Position numbers and translations under genes: made by a program
Shown here: in pieces, positions 36,058 to 49,641 of the stretch
How the letters are laid out: each line of letters opens with the position of its first letter
Numbering within the stretch: position 1 is the stretch's first letter
Assembly (NCBI GenBank): GCA_028534125.1
Contig: CM052817.1
Coordinates: 94,924,001-94,988,000 of the forward strand
Length of the DNA stretch: 64,000 nt
Source: Lama glama
Lineage: Eukaryota
Direction of reading: 5' to 3'
Notes under the pieces: model-generated
Database searches by the model: none
What the model was told of the DNA's origin: nothing
The model's input: the letters and a program-made list of their open reading frames with translations, nothing else

Positions 36058-38359
36058 TCAACTTAATTCCAAAGGCTTATTTCATGTAACTCAAGCTCCC
36101 GTTATCTGAGACTGACTGACGTTATTTGCAACTGCCCATAACAAAAGACAAAGGGTTTCTAGAAATTTGGCCTTTTCATTTTTTTCACCAGTTTATTTCT
36201 CAGATAGTTGGGAAAATATTTTCCACTTCTATTTGATGACATGATTTCTAAAGCATCTTGACTAATTTCTCAATTAGCCAAGATTACCCCAAATGCCACT
36301 TATATTAAATCATGGGCCCCCATAGTCTCCCTATTCAGTGATAACATTGAAGCAAAACATAATCTGAACCCAATAATCCACAAGATCCGAATTCATAGAA
36401 GAAGTGGACTTTCTCTCACAGCTATAGTGTTTGCCACATCCTAATATCATTCCTCTTATTTCTTTTCAAGCACTTTCATTCTATTCAGGCTCAAACACTC
36501 CAACCGTCTTCCACCAGCACCAACACTCCATCCTTCTCCTTTGCCATTTTAGATGGAAATGAAAGATTCTATCCTTCGTCATTTCGAAGTCCAGAGTGCA
36601 CGCCTCTTTCTTCCCCAAAACAAGAAACCACAGATGTTTCAGTCAAAGATCTGTGACTAAAATCATTTCTGCAATTGAGACATGATGCCAAAAGCAAAAA
36701 CACATTCTTAATGCATTGTTTGCCTGGAAAAATAAACTGCCTTGCAGGAAGGAATGTAGAGCAAGGTAATCATAGAAGCCCAGAGGCATAATCCAGTTAA
36801 ACTCCTTGACCTGCATCAAATGTTGACAATTTTAATTTCTCTGTTCCAAGAGAACATTCTGAGACACATTTGCAACATTGCTTAAAAGTCCTCCCATTTA
36901 GTGGAAGAAGTAAACAAACTAGACCTCAGGTAACCTGCTGCATGGAGAGACCTTAGGGAAAATAACTCCTCTATCAATAGGACTTCCCTTGAAAAAACTC
37001 ATGCTGAGTTAGCCTTAGACCTGATTTTAATAAAGTGTCAAGGTTCAGCAAAATGGGTCATTTTATTCCTCCCTCAGAATAAGTTCAAGCCCTCAGAACT
37101 ATAGGTGAAATCCACAAAATAGCTTATGGTAATCACTCTGTTAATCTGCTTTGGTTGACAGTTTTCAAAATGGATTCCACAGAGCTAAGAAAAGAACCAA
37201 ATCCATTCCAGATTTCCCTGGTAGAGAGCACTCAAGTAGGCACTTCATCCTGCAAAAGCTCAGCAGGAGGACTCTTTATAAAGGGGATTTCTTCAGTTGG
37301 CTAAGGGAAAATATCTTATCTGAACAGGAAGGTAGGTCATTAGTGGCTGGACCTCCCAGATAGCCCCTAAGTTTCTGAGAAAACTTCCTGATGAGTCATG
37401 CTGGAAAGGAGCTCTCCAGAAAGGCTTTGAGCAAAGTACAATTCGCGGGTAAGAGCTACAATGCATGCTTGGCCCCAGTGATAGCAACAGATGTGTCATG
37501 ACAGCAATCAATTCCTCAGTGACTTGAAGAAGTGAACTTGCCTTCTGCCTAAGTGGCCAAGGAAACATGAGAGTCTGTGATCGACAAGATCAGAAATAGC
37601 ATGTGATTACTGCCCACTGCAAGTGAACATGTTTCTATGACGTAAGACCACTAAACACACTCTCCATGTGCCAAGGCTATTTTAGATTCAATCTGCCCAT
37701 GAATAATGCAAATGCTATTAGGAAAATGCCTACTAGTTCTTTCTAAAAAGTCCAGAGCTATTTAGAGGGAAACAATATTCGCTTCTGGAAAGAAAATTAT
37801 GACTCCAGACTCCATTAGATGTATCTTCAATTCTGTCTCCCATCTCTGGGATAAATAATTCACTGGCAAATACCTGTGGATAAATGATCTACCAGTGCAC
37901 ACTTGTGAGGTTTAAATTAATATGTATAAAACACTTTGAAAGGAGTTATGAAAGATAATCCTACCACTAAATATTCAAGAATTATGTTCTGTGCCTTTAC
38001 CCAAACTTTCCATTATTTGTTCAGTTTTTTAAACAAACACCATTGTTTACAGACCCAGATTTGGTTTCACAAAGAATGTATTTCATAATTTAAACTGAAG
38101 TGGTTTTCATAACTTAATTATTAGTATTGCTATATTCAGGAAGGATTTTTCCATGGCTCTTACAGAAAAAAAATTTTTTTTCAGTTTTAAAAACAGAAGA
38201 ACTTTTAAAACTAGTTTAAAGTAAAAGGCCTACAGTATCTCCAAAGAACACAAAATATTTTGTAATAAAAAATAAATTACTGTTTTATCAATTTACCAGT
38301 CATTTCTGATGATTTTCATAGCCACTCATATGGTTACATGGTTTTCTTTCTGAAAGAAA

Positions 38360-40500
38360 TAGATGAGAAACCAATAAATGAACCTGAGGCTTGCCCTAAA
38401 AGAAATACTAAAGAGAATATACTAAAGTGAAATTAAAGGACACTAGACAGTAATGCAAGTCTATATGAGAATAAACAAGTGCCAGTAAAGGTAACAACAC
38501 AGGTAAGAATAAAAGACAGAATAAATAAAATTGTGTTTATAACTCATTTTTTCCCTCCCATCTGATTTAAAAGATGACTGCAACTAACAATGACACACCA
38601 AAATACAGGAAGCAACAACTGGCAAGACTGAAGGGAGACAGACAATTCAACAACAGTTTAGGACTTTAAAACTCCACTTTCAATAAAAAATGGAACAACT
38701 AGACAAAAGATCAACAAGTAAATAGAAGAGCTGAAGAGTATTATAAGCCAACTACACCTAACAGAGATCTACAGAACATTCCACCCAACAAGGGTACACA
38801 AGGCACATTCTTCCCAATTGTACATGAAACGTTCTCCAGGTGAGATCATACATTAGGACATAAAGTAAGTATCAATAAACTTAAAAGGATTGAAATCATA
38901 CAAAGTATGTTTTTCTCTGATCACAACAGAATGAAACAAGAAGTCGATAACAAGAAAATTTGAAAAATTCACAAGTGTGAAAATTAAACAACATCCTTTA
39001 AAAAAACAATGTTTCAAAGAAGAAATCACAGGGAAATTAGAAAATGCTTTGAGATGAATGAACTAAAACGTAACATACCAGAACTTATGGATGCAGTTAA
39101 AATAGTTGTTAGAGGGAAATTTATAGCTGTAAGTGACTATATTAAGAAAAAAGGAAGATCTCAGATTAATTACCTATCCTTCCATCTTCAGAGGAGCAAA
39201 CTAAATGCAAAGAAGGTTTTCCTTTTGATGAAGTTAACAAGCTGAACTAAAACTCATAGGGAAATGCAAGGAACTCAAAATAGACAAAATAATCTCATTA
39301 AAAGAACAAAGTTGGAAGAGTAATGCTCCCAAACTTCAAGCTTACTATAGAACTACAGTAATGAAGACTGTGTGGTGCTTGCAAAGGATAGACATATAGA
39401 TCAATGGTACAGAATTGAGAGTTCAGAAATAAACTCTATGGTCAGTTGATTTAGACAAGAGTACCAAGACCATTCAATGGGGAAAAGAGAAAGAATGGTC
39501 TTTTCAACAAACAGTATCCAGAACACTTAAAGAATTCTTACAATTAAACAATAAAAAGACAACCCCATTAAAAATGAATAAAGGATCTGAATAGGTATTT
39601 CTCCAAAGAAAATATACAAATGTACAATAGGAACATGAAGAGATGCTCAACATCATTAGTCATTAGAGAAAAGCAAATGAAAACCAGAAGATACCACTTT
39701 ACAACCACTAGGATGATTATAATGAACAGATTGATAATAGCAAATGTTGATAAGGATGTGGAGTATTAAAACCTTCAAATATTGCTAGTGAGGTATTTAG
39801 AATGATACAGCCTCTGTGGAAAATAGTTCGGCACGTCCTCAAAATGTTAAATGAAGAGTTAACATGTGATCCGGCAATTCTACTCTTAGATATATGCCCC
39901 CAAAATATAAAATATGTTCACACAAAAACATGTAAAGCAATGTTTATAGCACCACTATTAGCCAAAAACATGGAAACAACCCAAAATGCCCATTGATTAA
40001 CTAGAGGATAAATGTGGTATCTCCATACAATGGAATATTATTCAGCCATAAAAGTTATGAAGTCTTAGGTTTGCTGTGAATGGATAAACCTAGAAAACAT
40101 TCTTATACTTAGTTAAGGCAGCCAAACTATTTTGAGGATGTGCCAAACTATTTTCCACCAAGGCTGCATGATTTTAAACACCCACTAGCAAAATTTGAGG
40201 GTTCCAATACTCCATATCCTCATCAACATTATTGTATGATTTCGTTTACAAGAAACGTCCAGAACAGGCAATTCTATGGAGATGGGATAGTTTGGTGGAT
40301 GCCAGGAGCTGAAGAAAGAAGAAATGGTGAATGACTCTAATGGCTATGGGGATTCTTTTCAGAATAATGAAAAGGTTCTGAAATAAGAGGGTGGTGAGGT
40401 TTGCCCAACCTTGTGAAAATACTATAAGCCACTGAACTGTATGCTTCAAATGGGTGAGTTTTGTAGCATGTGAATTAGATCTCAATAAAAGAAATTTTAC
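38360..40500 (+). mobile_element. Old L1M element, internally deleted ORF1/ORF2/3' UTR relics
   Basis: ORF2-like relic peptides (39009-39245 DAVKIVVRGKFIA; 39802-39996 QPLWKIV...DPAILLL); ends gaattagatctcaataaaa. Confidence 0.88.
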
Positions 40501-40584
40501 AATTTAAATTCGCTTTAACATTAAAAAATGGAAATATGATCATAAGCATCAAACCATAGCTCACACGCATAACTTTCTAATGCC

Positions 40585-40752
40585 TTGTTCACAGTGTGGT
40601 TCATAGGTTAGCAGCGAAAGCACCACCCAAGAGTTTGTTTAATGTTTCTTTAATGCAAAGTCTCAGGTTTGTCCCAGATCTATGAATCAGAATCAGTATT
40701 TTAACAAGATTTCAGGTGATTCAAATACACAATAGAATTCGAAGCACTGCTC
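40585..40752. mobile_element. MER5A1-like MITE
   Basis: gaatcagaatcagtattttaacaagatttcaggtgattca...gaagcactg. Confidence 0.7.
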
Positions 40753-41699
40753 TAATGCAAGCTTTCGTGCTCCCATTTTAGGGTGTGTATGTGAAAAAAA
40801 TTAAGTGGTAAGTCCAGGAGCCTCCTTCCTAACAACACTCTGACGTCCCCTGGGGGCACTACGCCTCCCCCACCATCTAAGTGGGATGGTCAATTCAGGT
40901 GCCCTGACTGGCTCCAGAGGTCAAAGGGATCCCAGAGCAGCCTTTCCCTCACTGCTGGCCCCTCCCTCCTTCCTGCCCAGTCCTTTCCTCAGTCACCTCC
41001 ACCCTCTGCCAGCCAAGGGACGGGTCAGCATGGGATCAGTCCTGACTGTCAGACTCTCTCTCCTGAAACTTGGAATCTTGAGTGGAGTGACTCAAGAAGA
41101 GGTGTTGTAGTTGGGGTTCTGTCATTCCAGCGGCAGCTCCTTAATGGCTGTGTGTTCCTTTCTCCACACTTGGCTCCCCACCGGTTTGGTGAGCTCCAGA
41201 CAGCTTTCCAGTAAGTGTCCTTTTATCTTACATGTTTACATTAGTCAGACGTGGAATTTGCTGCTTACAAAGAATCCTAATTGACACATCAGCCTTTAAA
41301 ACACTAACGCTTGGCCTGAATCTACATACAATCCTAATGTTTTAGTCTCACAGTTGAGGATTCATATTCATGGCTATCCCATCAGTAGATATAAGTATTG
41401 TTAATAGATATAATTATTATTGTTAATTAACTAGCCAAAGGTCGAAAGCTTTGCAAGAGGTAGTAATCACACATGGGATTCAGGATTGATTTATATGATT
41501 GACGTTGAAGTGGATAAGGCAGCGGGCAGGAATAAGGGAGGGTGAGGAAGCAGGGTTCTCAGCCAATGTTGAAACTGTGGAAAGGCTCTGTCCACAGAGC
41601 CCAGAACCTCACTCTGCTGCGGAAGACTCAGGATTCATCTGATCTCCCACGGCAGTCAATTTCTGCTACATAGATTAAGAATCAGTATGTTTGTTCACA

Positions 41700-42570
41700 T
41701 TAGCATACCAATGTTCACTGCAGCATTACTCACAGTAGCCAAAAGGTGGAAACAGCAAACTGTCCATCAACAGATCAATGAATAAACAAAATGCGGCATA
41801 TACCTACGGTGGAATACTATTCAGCCTGAAAAAGGAATGCAATTCCGACACATGCTACAACATGGAGGGCCCTCAAAAACACTATACCAAGTGAAATAAG
41901 CCATATGCCAAAGGACAAATATTTGTATGATTCTATTCATATGGGGTACATAGAAGAGGCAAATTCATTGAGACAGAAAGTAGAACAGTGGTTACCAAGG
42001 GCTGGGAAAAGGAGTAATGTGGAGTTACTGTTTAATAGGTACACGTTTTCTGGTTGGGGTGATGAAAAATTTTCTGGAGAAGGACAGCGGTGATGGTTGC
42101 ACAATAATGAGAATGTACTTAATGACGCTGAACTGTATGTTTAAAAATGGATAAAATGGTGCAATGGAATGAATGTGTCTTTCCAAAATTTGTGTGGGAG
42201 CCCCTAATCCCCAGTGTGATGGTATTTGGAGGTGGGGCATTTGGGGATCTGTTAGACCGTGAGAGCAGAGCCTTCATGCACAAATTAGTGCCCTTATAAG
42301 AAGAGACACAGGAGAGATCTCTTGCTCTCTCTTGCCCAGGAGAGGACACAGCAAGAAGGCAGCTGTCTGTAGGCCAGAAGGAAGGCCCTCCCCAGAACCT
42401 TCCATGCTGGCACCCTGATCACAAACTTCCCAGTCTCCTGCACTGTAGAAATAAATTTCTCTTGTTTAAGTCACCCAGTCTATGGTATTCTGTTACAGCA
42501 GCCTGAGCTAAGACAAAAAGTAAGTTTTGTGTGTGTATATATATATATATATACAACTTAAAAAAATAGT
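41700..42570 (+). mobile_element. L1MB-like 3' end split by an MLT1A LTR
   Basis: gcagcattactcacagtagccaaaaggtggaaac...gagacagaaagtagaacagtggttacc...gtacttaatg. Confidence 0.85.
42160..42515 (+). mobile_element. MLT1A-like solo LTR
   Basis: tgaatgtgtc...ccaaaatt...gtgatggtatttggaggtgggg...gtattctgttacagcagcctgagctaagaca. Confidence 0.88.
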
Positions 42571-42644
42571 TTTCTAAAATGTTCAAATCTGAGGAAGAAA
42601 AGTGAAAGTGATATATGATTTACAAATATTTATACTGATAAGAA

Positions 42645-43400
42645 GTTGAGCCTCTTCCGGTTAGAAGTAACAGAAACCGAATCAAACAATTTAAGCCAAC
42701 AAAGGGAATTGATGGACTCAGGTAACTATGGAGTCCAAACTGAAGCCTGGATCCTGGGGCTGTGCCATCTTCTCCTGTCCAGCTTTCCTGTGTGATTACT
42801 GTAGCCTCAGGCCAGCTCCCCTCACCTGGGGCTTCAGATAGCCCCTGGCAGCTCCCACCTTCATCAGCTTTGCAGCTGGAAATCTCAGTGTAAAGAGGGG
42901 GCCTCTTTTCTAACAAAAGTCCTAGAAAGAATTCTACTGGTCCAGCTTGGGACCACAGACAACACACTTACGGTTACCAAAGGGGAAAGGAAGTGGGGGA
43001 GGGATAAATTAGGAGTTTGGGATTAGCAGACACACACTACTATGTATAAAACAGATAAACAACAAGGTCCTGCTGCAGAGCACAGGGAACTATGTTCAAT
43101 ATCCTGTAATAAACCATAATGGAAAAGAATATGTATATATGACTAAATCACTTTGCTGTACACCTGAAACTAAAACAACATTGTAAATCAACTACACTTC
43201 AATGGAAAAATTTTTTAAATACTGTATTTAAAAAAAAAAAAACAAACACTGTGTGAGGATGACACACCTGATTGGCTAACATAGGCCAGCTCAGTAGGTC
43301 TAAGTCGTGGGCCTACTCCGAGAGCTATAGGGGGGAAACTACACCCCCAGAGTCACATGGACTAAGAAGGAGGGAAGGCTCCCTGCAAGGAGACAGACAC
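42645..43400 (-). mobile_element. Old MLT1 (K/J-like) LTR interrupted by an L1
   Basis: aagtaacagaaacc...aagggaatt...aggtaact; gattggctaaca after the L1. Confidence 0.5.
42968..43240 (+). mobile_element. Lineage-type L1 3' end
   Basis: ggttaccaaaggggaaagg...gggataaattaggagtttgggattagcaga...ctgtacacctgaaact; TSD-like acaacacact / acaaacact. Confidence 0.9.
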
Positions 43401-43499
43401 CAGCATACAGAAAGATTGTGTATGATGTCGCTTCAGTGTCCTGCCACATCCTCTCAGCCCTCATTGTTCAATGCAAACCTGGGTATGTTCCATAAGCAG

Positions 43500-43863
43500 T
43501 TGAATTTCCCTGCGTTAGGATGCTCTCTGGCTGCAGAGCAGGATAAGTGGGGCTACGAGGAAGGTGGAGTCCACAAGTGCAGCTTTCAACCAATGACCAG
43601 TAGACTTGAAGGGGGAATATTCCACCTGCCTCACTCATTAAGAGTGAAGCCTGTGAGGCCTTTCCTGTACCCTCTCCCAGGGCTCTCCACTGGGATGGAG
43701 CCCCAGTTACCTACAACGACAGCCTGCTTCTTACCTAACCCCAATTTTCTCTTTCACTTCTCTACTCCCCTGCCACAATTTTCTGGAGTCACTTCCCAAA
43801 TCACCTACATACACTCCGACCCCTGTCTGTGGGTCTGATCTGATGGGAACCCAAATTAAGACT
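43500..43863 (+). mobile_element. LTR16-type ERVL LTR
   Basis: ttcaaccaatgac...gggatggagccccagtt...acttcccaaat...gggaacccaaattaagac. Confidence 0.7.
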
Positions 43864-44039
43864 GTATACCATGGTGGGTGAATTCACACTGTTGTCTGTC
43901 CATTTTATGTGAAGAAATTCTGTGGGGGGTGTTTGATATTATCTCTGTTTTCTTTACAAGTCAGTATTTTTCTCAAATCCACTTAAACTTGGAGAAAATA
44001 CATACTTATCCAGAAAAATACATCAAGGTGTGTTTGGGT

Positions 44040-44392
44040 GTGTTAGTTTGCTAGGGCCGCCGTGTCCAAGAACTGGGTGGGTTAAACAACAGAAATGTGT
44101 TATCTCACAGCTCTGAGGGCCAGAGGTCTGAGATCAAGGTGTCAGCAGCGTTGGTTTCTTCTGAGGCCCTTCTCCTTGGCTTGCACATGGCTGTCTCTCT
44201 GTATATCTTCACATGACCGTCCCTCTGTGTCCTAATCTCTTCTTATAAAGACACCAGTCATGTTGTATTAGGACCCACCTTAGTGACCTCATTTTAACTT
44301 AATTACTTCTTTAAAGGTCCTACTCCAAATACAGTCACATTCTGAGGTCCTGTGAACTATGAATTTGGAGTGGAGGGATTCAACCTGTAACA
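44040..44392 (-). mobile_element. MLT1 (B/C-like) solo LTR
   Basis: tgttagtttgctagggccgccgt...aacaacagaaatg...gacaccagtcat...ttcaacctgtaaca. Confidence 0.85.
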
Positions 44393-45931
44393 GTGGGTGT
44401 CTGTATACTGTGTCATTCTTGTCTTTAGAGGCAAAATGCCTTATGAATAGGAGTTCCCTGCCCTCCACAGATTAGCATAATAGGGACCAAAAAATAGCAT
44501 CTTTTCTCTAAATTTCAAGGCTTGGCATTATGGAGTGGGCCAAGATTCCTCTTCCAAAAGAACTAAAGGAAAGAGGTTGAAAACAAAGAAGAATGAGGTT
44601 ACTCTAACAGGAAGAAATCTGTGAGCTTCCTGAGGAACATGACCAAGTTCTTGAAAAATAATCCTACCACAGCCCTAACAGAGAAGGGTATTCTGTCTTA
44701 GTTTTGAGGTCCACCAAGGCACATCAGCCAGCAGTTCTGGTGGTCATCACCTCATCGCCCCTGGAGATTTGATACAACAGACTCACTTTGTGTCTTAAGA
44801 TTGCATCACATGTTCATTCCTCCGTGACTTCAAGGAGGACACTGAGATCCAGTGAATAAAGCTAGGCTCTCCTCCCTCTTCAGATGGACAGGGAGAACCG
44901 TGGTTGGCTCTGCACGGTTGGAGACTGTGATGAGAGCATGATTTATGATCCACCGTGTTGATGTGGCTATTATCCAGTGTTATAAACACGCAGAGAAATA
45001 CACTTAGGCCATATCACAAGTCAGTATCATCTGAGCCATTTGGTGATATTGTGATCCAAGACTCGAGCCAATATTTCATTGAGGAGATGAGTGGAACGCA
45101 GTGATTAAAGAGGCAATGAAATTGGCTTATTTCTGCCTAACAGATGACCTGTTAGCTACAGAGATGATCTCTACTCAACTCTGCACCTTTTGTATCCTGC
45201 CACAGCATTGCCATCTTCCCTTACCACTGGAATTTCTGGCTCTTCTGGGCTTCCTTCCTGCACATATTTCATAACCCAGAGAGCATGCTGAAATACAGAC
45301 AGAGATTTCTTGGTCAGGAAGACAAGTCAAGTTTGTTTGCTGATGAATGCCTACAGGGTCTTTTTTTTTTTTTTTAATAGGACTTTCTCTAGTCTCCTGA
45401 TCTTTCCAGATCCGTGGCAATCTGGGTCCAGTTTCCTCTTCCCCAGATGCACTTTCAGTTGGCGTCTTTTTTCAATCAGTTTCCAGATGTTGTTGCTTAT
45501 TCGTTTTATTTTCAGCAGTTTATCCTTTCCTGAACTTTTGCATAAGTTCCTTCCATGCCATCTTCCCTCCCCTCCTCCACCCCACCCAGATGAATTCCAG
45601 AAACCTGCTGCATATAATCCAATTTAGTTGGCTCTTCCACACCCTGTCTGAGGGTGCCCCAGCCCTGAAGTTGAGAGGGATGATGGGTCTGCAGGAGAAG
45701 CCCCTTCTGAGTGAGCTTCCAGCTGATAGCCAGATGCTGGTGAGGTCCAGGCCCACTATTGTGTAAAGGTCTCTATAGAGAGGAAGAATGTTCACTGGGG
45801 CCCTGAAGCCCAAACCACAGTTTTTGTTTTGGACAAAATCTAATGTTTTCTTAATGATTCAAGGTCAAGGTTGTGAATACCAGCAGCCATGCCATAAGAT
45901 TTATGAGATGTTAGTCTCCTTTCCCTGACAC

Positions 45932-46090
45932 CAGGGTTTCTCAGCTCCGTGTTGTTGACACTGGGGCCGGGTAATCCTTTGTTGTGGGAGTATGGCCTGT
46001 GCATTCTGGGATGGTTAGTAACATCTCTGGCCTCTACCCGCTAGATGCCTTAGCACCACCGCCTCAGTGGTAAAAACCAATAATGTCCTG
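45932..46090. mobile_element. MER20 (hAT-Charlie), truncated
   Basis: cagggtttctcag...ctttgttgtggg...ctggcctctacccgctagatgcc...aatgtcc. Confidence 0.8.
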
Positions 46091-46299
46091 AGGATGAGAA
46101 TGTGCACCACCATCAAATATTTCAACACTGTTCTGGAGGCCCCAGTCAAGCACAATAGGAAAGGAAAGGAATGAAAAGGTATACGGACTGGAAAAGAAGA
46201 AAAAAAAAACTGTCTGTATTTGCAGAAAAACAGACATGACTGTATACATGGAAAATCCAAAATAATCTGCAAACTACTAGAATTAATAAGTGAATTTAT

Positions 46300-46859
46300 T
46301 TATTTTTTAAACATTTTTTATTGAGTTATAGTCATTTTAAAATGTTGTGTCAAATTCCAGGGTAGAGCACAATTTTTCAGTTATATATGAACATACATAT
46401 ATTCATTGTCACTTTTTTTTTTCACTGTGAGCTACCACAAGATCTTGTATGTATTTCCCTGTGCTATACAGTATAATCTTGTTTATCTATTCTACATATG
46501 CCTGTCAGTATCTATAAATTTTGAACTCCCAGTCTGTTCCTTCCCACCCCTCTCCCCCCTGGCAACCACAAGTTTGTATTATATGTCTATGAGTCTGTTT
46601 CTGTTTTGTACTTATGTTCTTTTTTTTTTTTTTTAGATTCCACATATAAGCGATCTCATATGATATTTTTCTTTCTCTTTCTGGCTTACTTCACTTAGAA
46701 TGACATTCTCCAGGGAACATCCATGTTGCTGCAAATGGCATTAAGTTGTCATTTTTTATGGCTGAACAGTATTCCATTGTTTAAATATACCACATCTTCT
46801 TTATCCAGTCATCTGCTGATGGACATTTAGTCGGTTTCCATGTCTTGGCTATTGTAAAT
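46300..46859 (-). mobile_element. Younger lineage-type L1 3' end nested in old L1
   Basis: TSD agtgaatttat (46289-46299 / 46860-46870); catccatgttgctgcaaatggc...catcttctttatccagtcatctg. Confidence 0.92.
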
Positions 46860-49414
46860 AGTGAATTTATAAGTAAATTTAAAGTGTCACTAAAAACATA
46901 ATCAAGATATAAAAACTAATTATATTTTTATGACCTAACGAAAAACAACTAGTAAATGAAATTAACAAAAATACTACCTACAATTTTATTAAAGTATCAA
47001 ATAACAAGAAATGAATTTCCCAAAAGGCATATATGACCACTACATTGAAAATTACAAAATATTAAAGGGAAATTAAAGACCTAAATAAATTGAGAGCCAC
47101 AATATGTCAATAGATTGGAAGAATTCAAAATCATTGAGATTTCAGTTTTCCCCCAATTTACCCATAGATTCAGTGAAGTCCAAAACCAAATCCCAGCAGG
47201 GATCTTTTTTCCTTTCAGAAATTGACAAAAGAATCTAAAATTTATATGGAAATTTAAAAGACTTAGAAAGACAATCTTGAAGTAGAGCAAATTTGGAGGA
47301 ATAATACTATCAGATTGTACAACCTATTATAAAGCTACAGTAAGTGAGACAATGCAACACTGGATCAATGGAGCAGTAAACAGAATTATATTTAAACCCA
47401 CCCACATACAATCAAATGATTTACTCAAAAAATGCCAGAGAAATTCTGTAGGGAAAAGATGATAATTTTAGTAAATAATTCTTGAGCAATTAGATATCCA
47501 TATGGAAAAAAAGTGAACCTTGGTGCCTACTTCATATCATATACAAAAGTTAGATTTCTTCAGAGACAAAACTATATATGGTAAAAGCATAAGAATTTTT
47601 TTTGAGAAAATATAGGAGGATAACTTCATGGCCTTGGAGTAAGCAAAGATTTCTTGAGCAAGATGCAAAAGGTACTAACAATAAAAGAGAAAAAAATGTT
47701 AAATTGGATTTAATTAATCTTAAGCATTTATGTTCATCAAAAGACATCAACAGGAAAGTGAAAAGACAGATCACAGAGAAGGAGAAGGTCAAATATAAAA
47801 ATTCAGGAATCAGAATGCCCTCTAAGTTTTACTAAGCAACACTGGAATCTAGAGGAGAATTGAGATATGCTTTCCAAAATCATTAAGAAAGGGATTTACA
47901 ACGTAGGCATATAAATCCAAATAAACCATCAATAAAGTGTGAGCATAGAAGAAAGACTATTTTAGACATGCAGGATCTCATAAATCTATCTATCTCCTGC
48001 AGATCCCTTCTCAGGAAGTTATTAGAGGCTAATTGCACCAAACTGAAGGAGTAAATTAAGAAAGAGTAATATATAGGGTTCTGAAAACAGGAAGTTCAGA
48101 ACGAAAAGGTATTTTGAACTAATGATGCTGGTGATCCTAGAATGAACTCTCTTCAGTAGTAACAGAGTATAACCTGTCCATATTAGACCCTGTAAAAAGA
48201 CTGAGAGAAATTCCTTCAAAAAGGTGACATTGTACCATAAGTACATGTTATTCTGAACATTGGGAGCCGTTTAGTTGGCAGTGTTTGGAGCTGGAAATAT
48301 ACCTAGAAAACTAAGCAAATGATCCTCCCACACCTCAAAAAAAAAATTATTACCTCCAGGGAACATGGGACACGAGTAGTTGTCATAGGTTACTTCTTAG
48401 CCTTTACAGATTTGTAACAAGAAAAGCAATAAATATTTCTCTCAACAAAAGAACTAGTCTGAGAAACTAGGCTGAGGCTAGAAAGTACGCACGTATGTTT
48501 GACACTGGGGAAAGATAGCCGAAGCCTTGTCCTCCAGTAAGAAAAGTGAATAGTGATGACTACAACTGAAGATCAAGAGGTCTCACTCAGTACAGCATGT
48601 TATTTAGACACATACAAATTAAATAACAAAACAAGTAGCTAGAAGAAATTAGTTTCCTTTGGGTAGGAGAAATGTGAACCAGAAGGCCATATCTGCTCTT
48701 GTTTTTCTGTAACCAACTTTATAGAATTATTTCATTCTTGAAACCTCATAAGTGTACAATTTTGATAGAAATGCTTACAAATGGGAAAAAGATTTGAAAA
48801 AGTAATGTGCAGATACAGAATACAAGGCAGACATAAAACATTCAGAAATCTTGGGAATTACATACATAATTTTAAAAGTAAAAATCCCTATAAATGCCCC
48901 TACATATATGGACAACTGATTCTTCAACAAAACAAAGGCCATTGACTGGAGATAAGATAGTCCTCTTAATAAATAATGGTGAAAAATTAGACATCCAGAT
49001 GCAAAGAAAAAAAAGAAAAAAAATGAACTTTGATCTGTACCTTGAACATCATACAAAAATTAAGTCAAAATGGATGAGAAACCCAAAGATAAAACCCAAA
49101 ACTATAAAATTTCTTGACAAAAATCATAGGAGAAATTCTGCAACCTTAGTTTAGGTAAAGGTTTTTTTTATATGTGACACCAAAAGCATGATCCATCAAT
49201 AAATAAATTGATAAGTTAGATTTCATCACAATTTAAAATTTCTGCTCTTTGAAAAACACTGTTAAGAGTGAAAAAACAAGCCAGAGACTGGGATAAAATA
49301 TTTACAAAATATAAAACTAAGAATAGACTTGAATACAGAATAAATAAAGGGCTCTCAAAACTCAATAATAGAAAAATAAACAACACAAAAACAACAATAT
49401 CAACAAAAATGGAC

Positions 49415-49641
49415 GGGGAGGGGGATATAGCTCTGTAGCTAGGTATGTGCCTAGAATGCACGAGGTCCAGGGTTCAATCCCCAGTACCTCCATTAAAATA
49501 AATAAACAAATAAATAAATAAAACTAAATAAAACCTAATTACCTCCCACACCCCCTAAAAAGTATACAGTGTTGTATGTCAATTATATCTCAGTAAAACT
49601 GGAAGGAAAAAAAAAAAGAATGATTTAAAAAAAATTTTTTT
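49415..49641 (+). mobile_element. Vic-1-type SINE (long tail) nested in old L1
   Basis: gggggatatagctc...ggttcaatccccagtacctccatt; TSD aatggac (49408-49414 / 49642-49648). Confidence 0.88.

Noticed and set aside
39009..39996. ORFs with reverse-transcriptase-element-like peptides
   Set aside because: Frameshifted L1 ORF2 relics, not genes.
43272..43838. Longest ORF (188 aa)
   Set aside because: Non-ATG start, spans MLT1 and LTR16 remnants, no recognisable domain.
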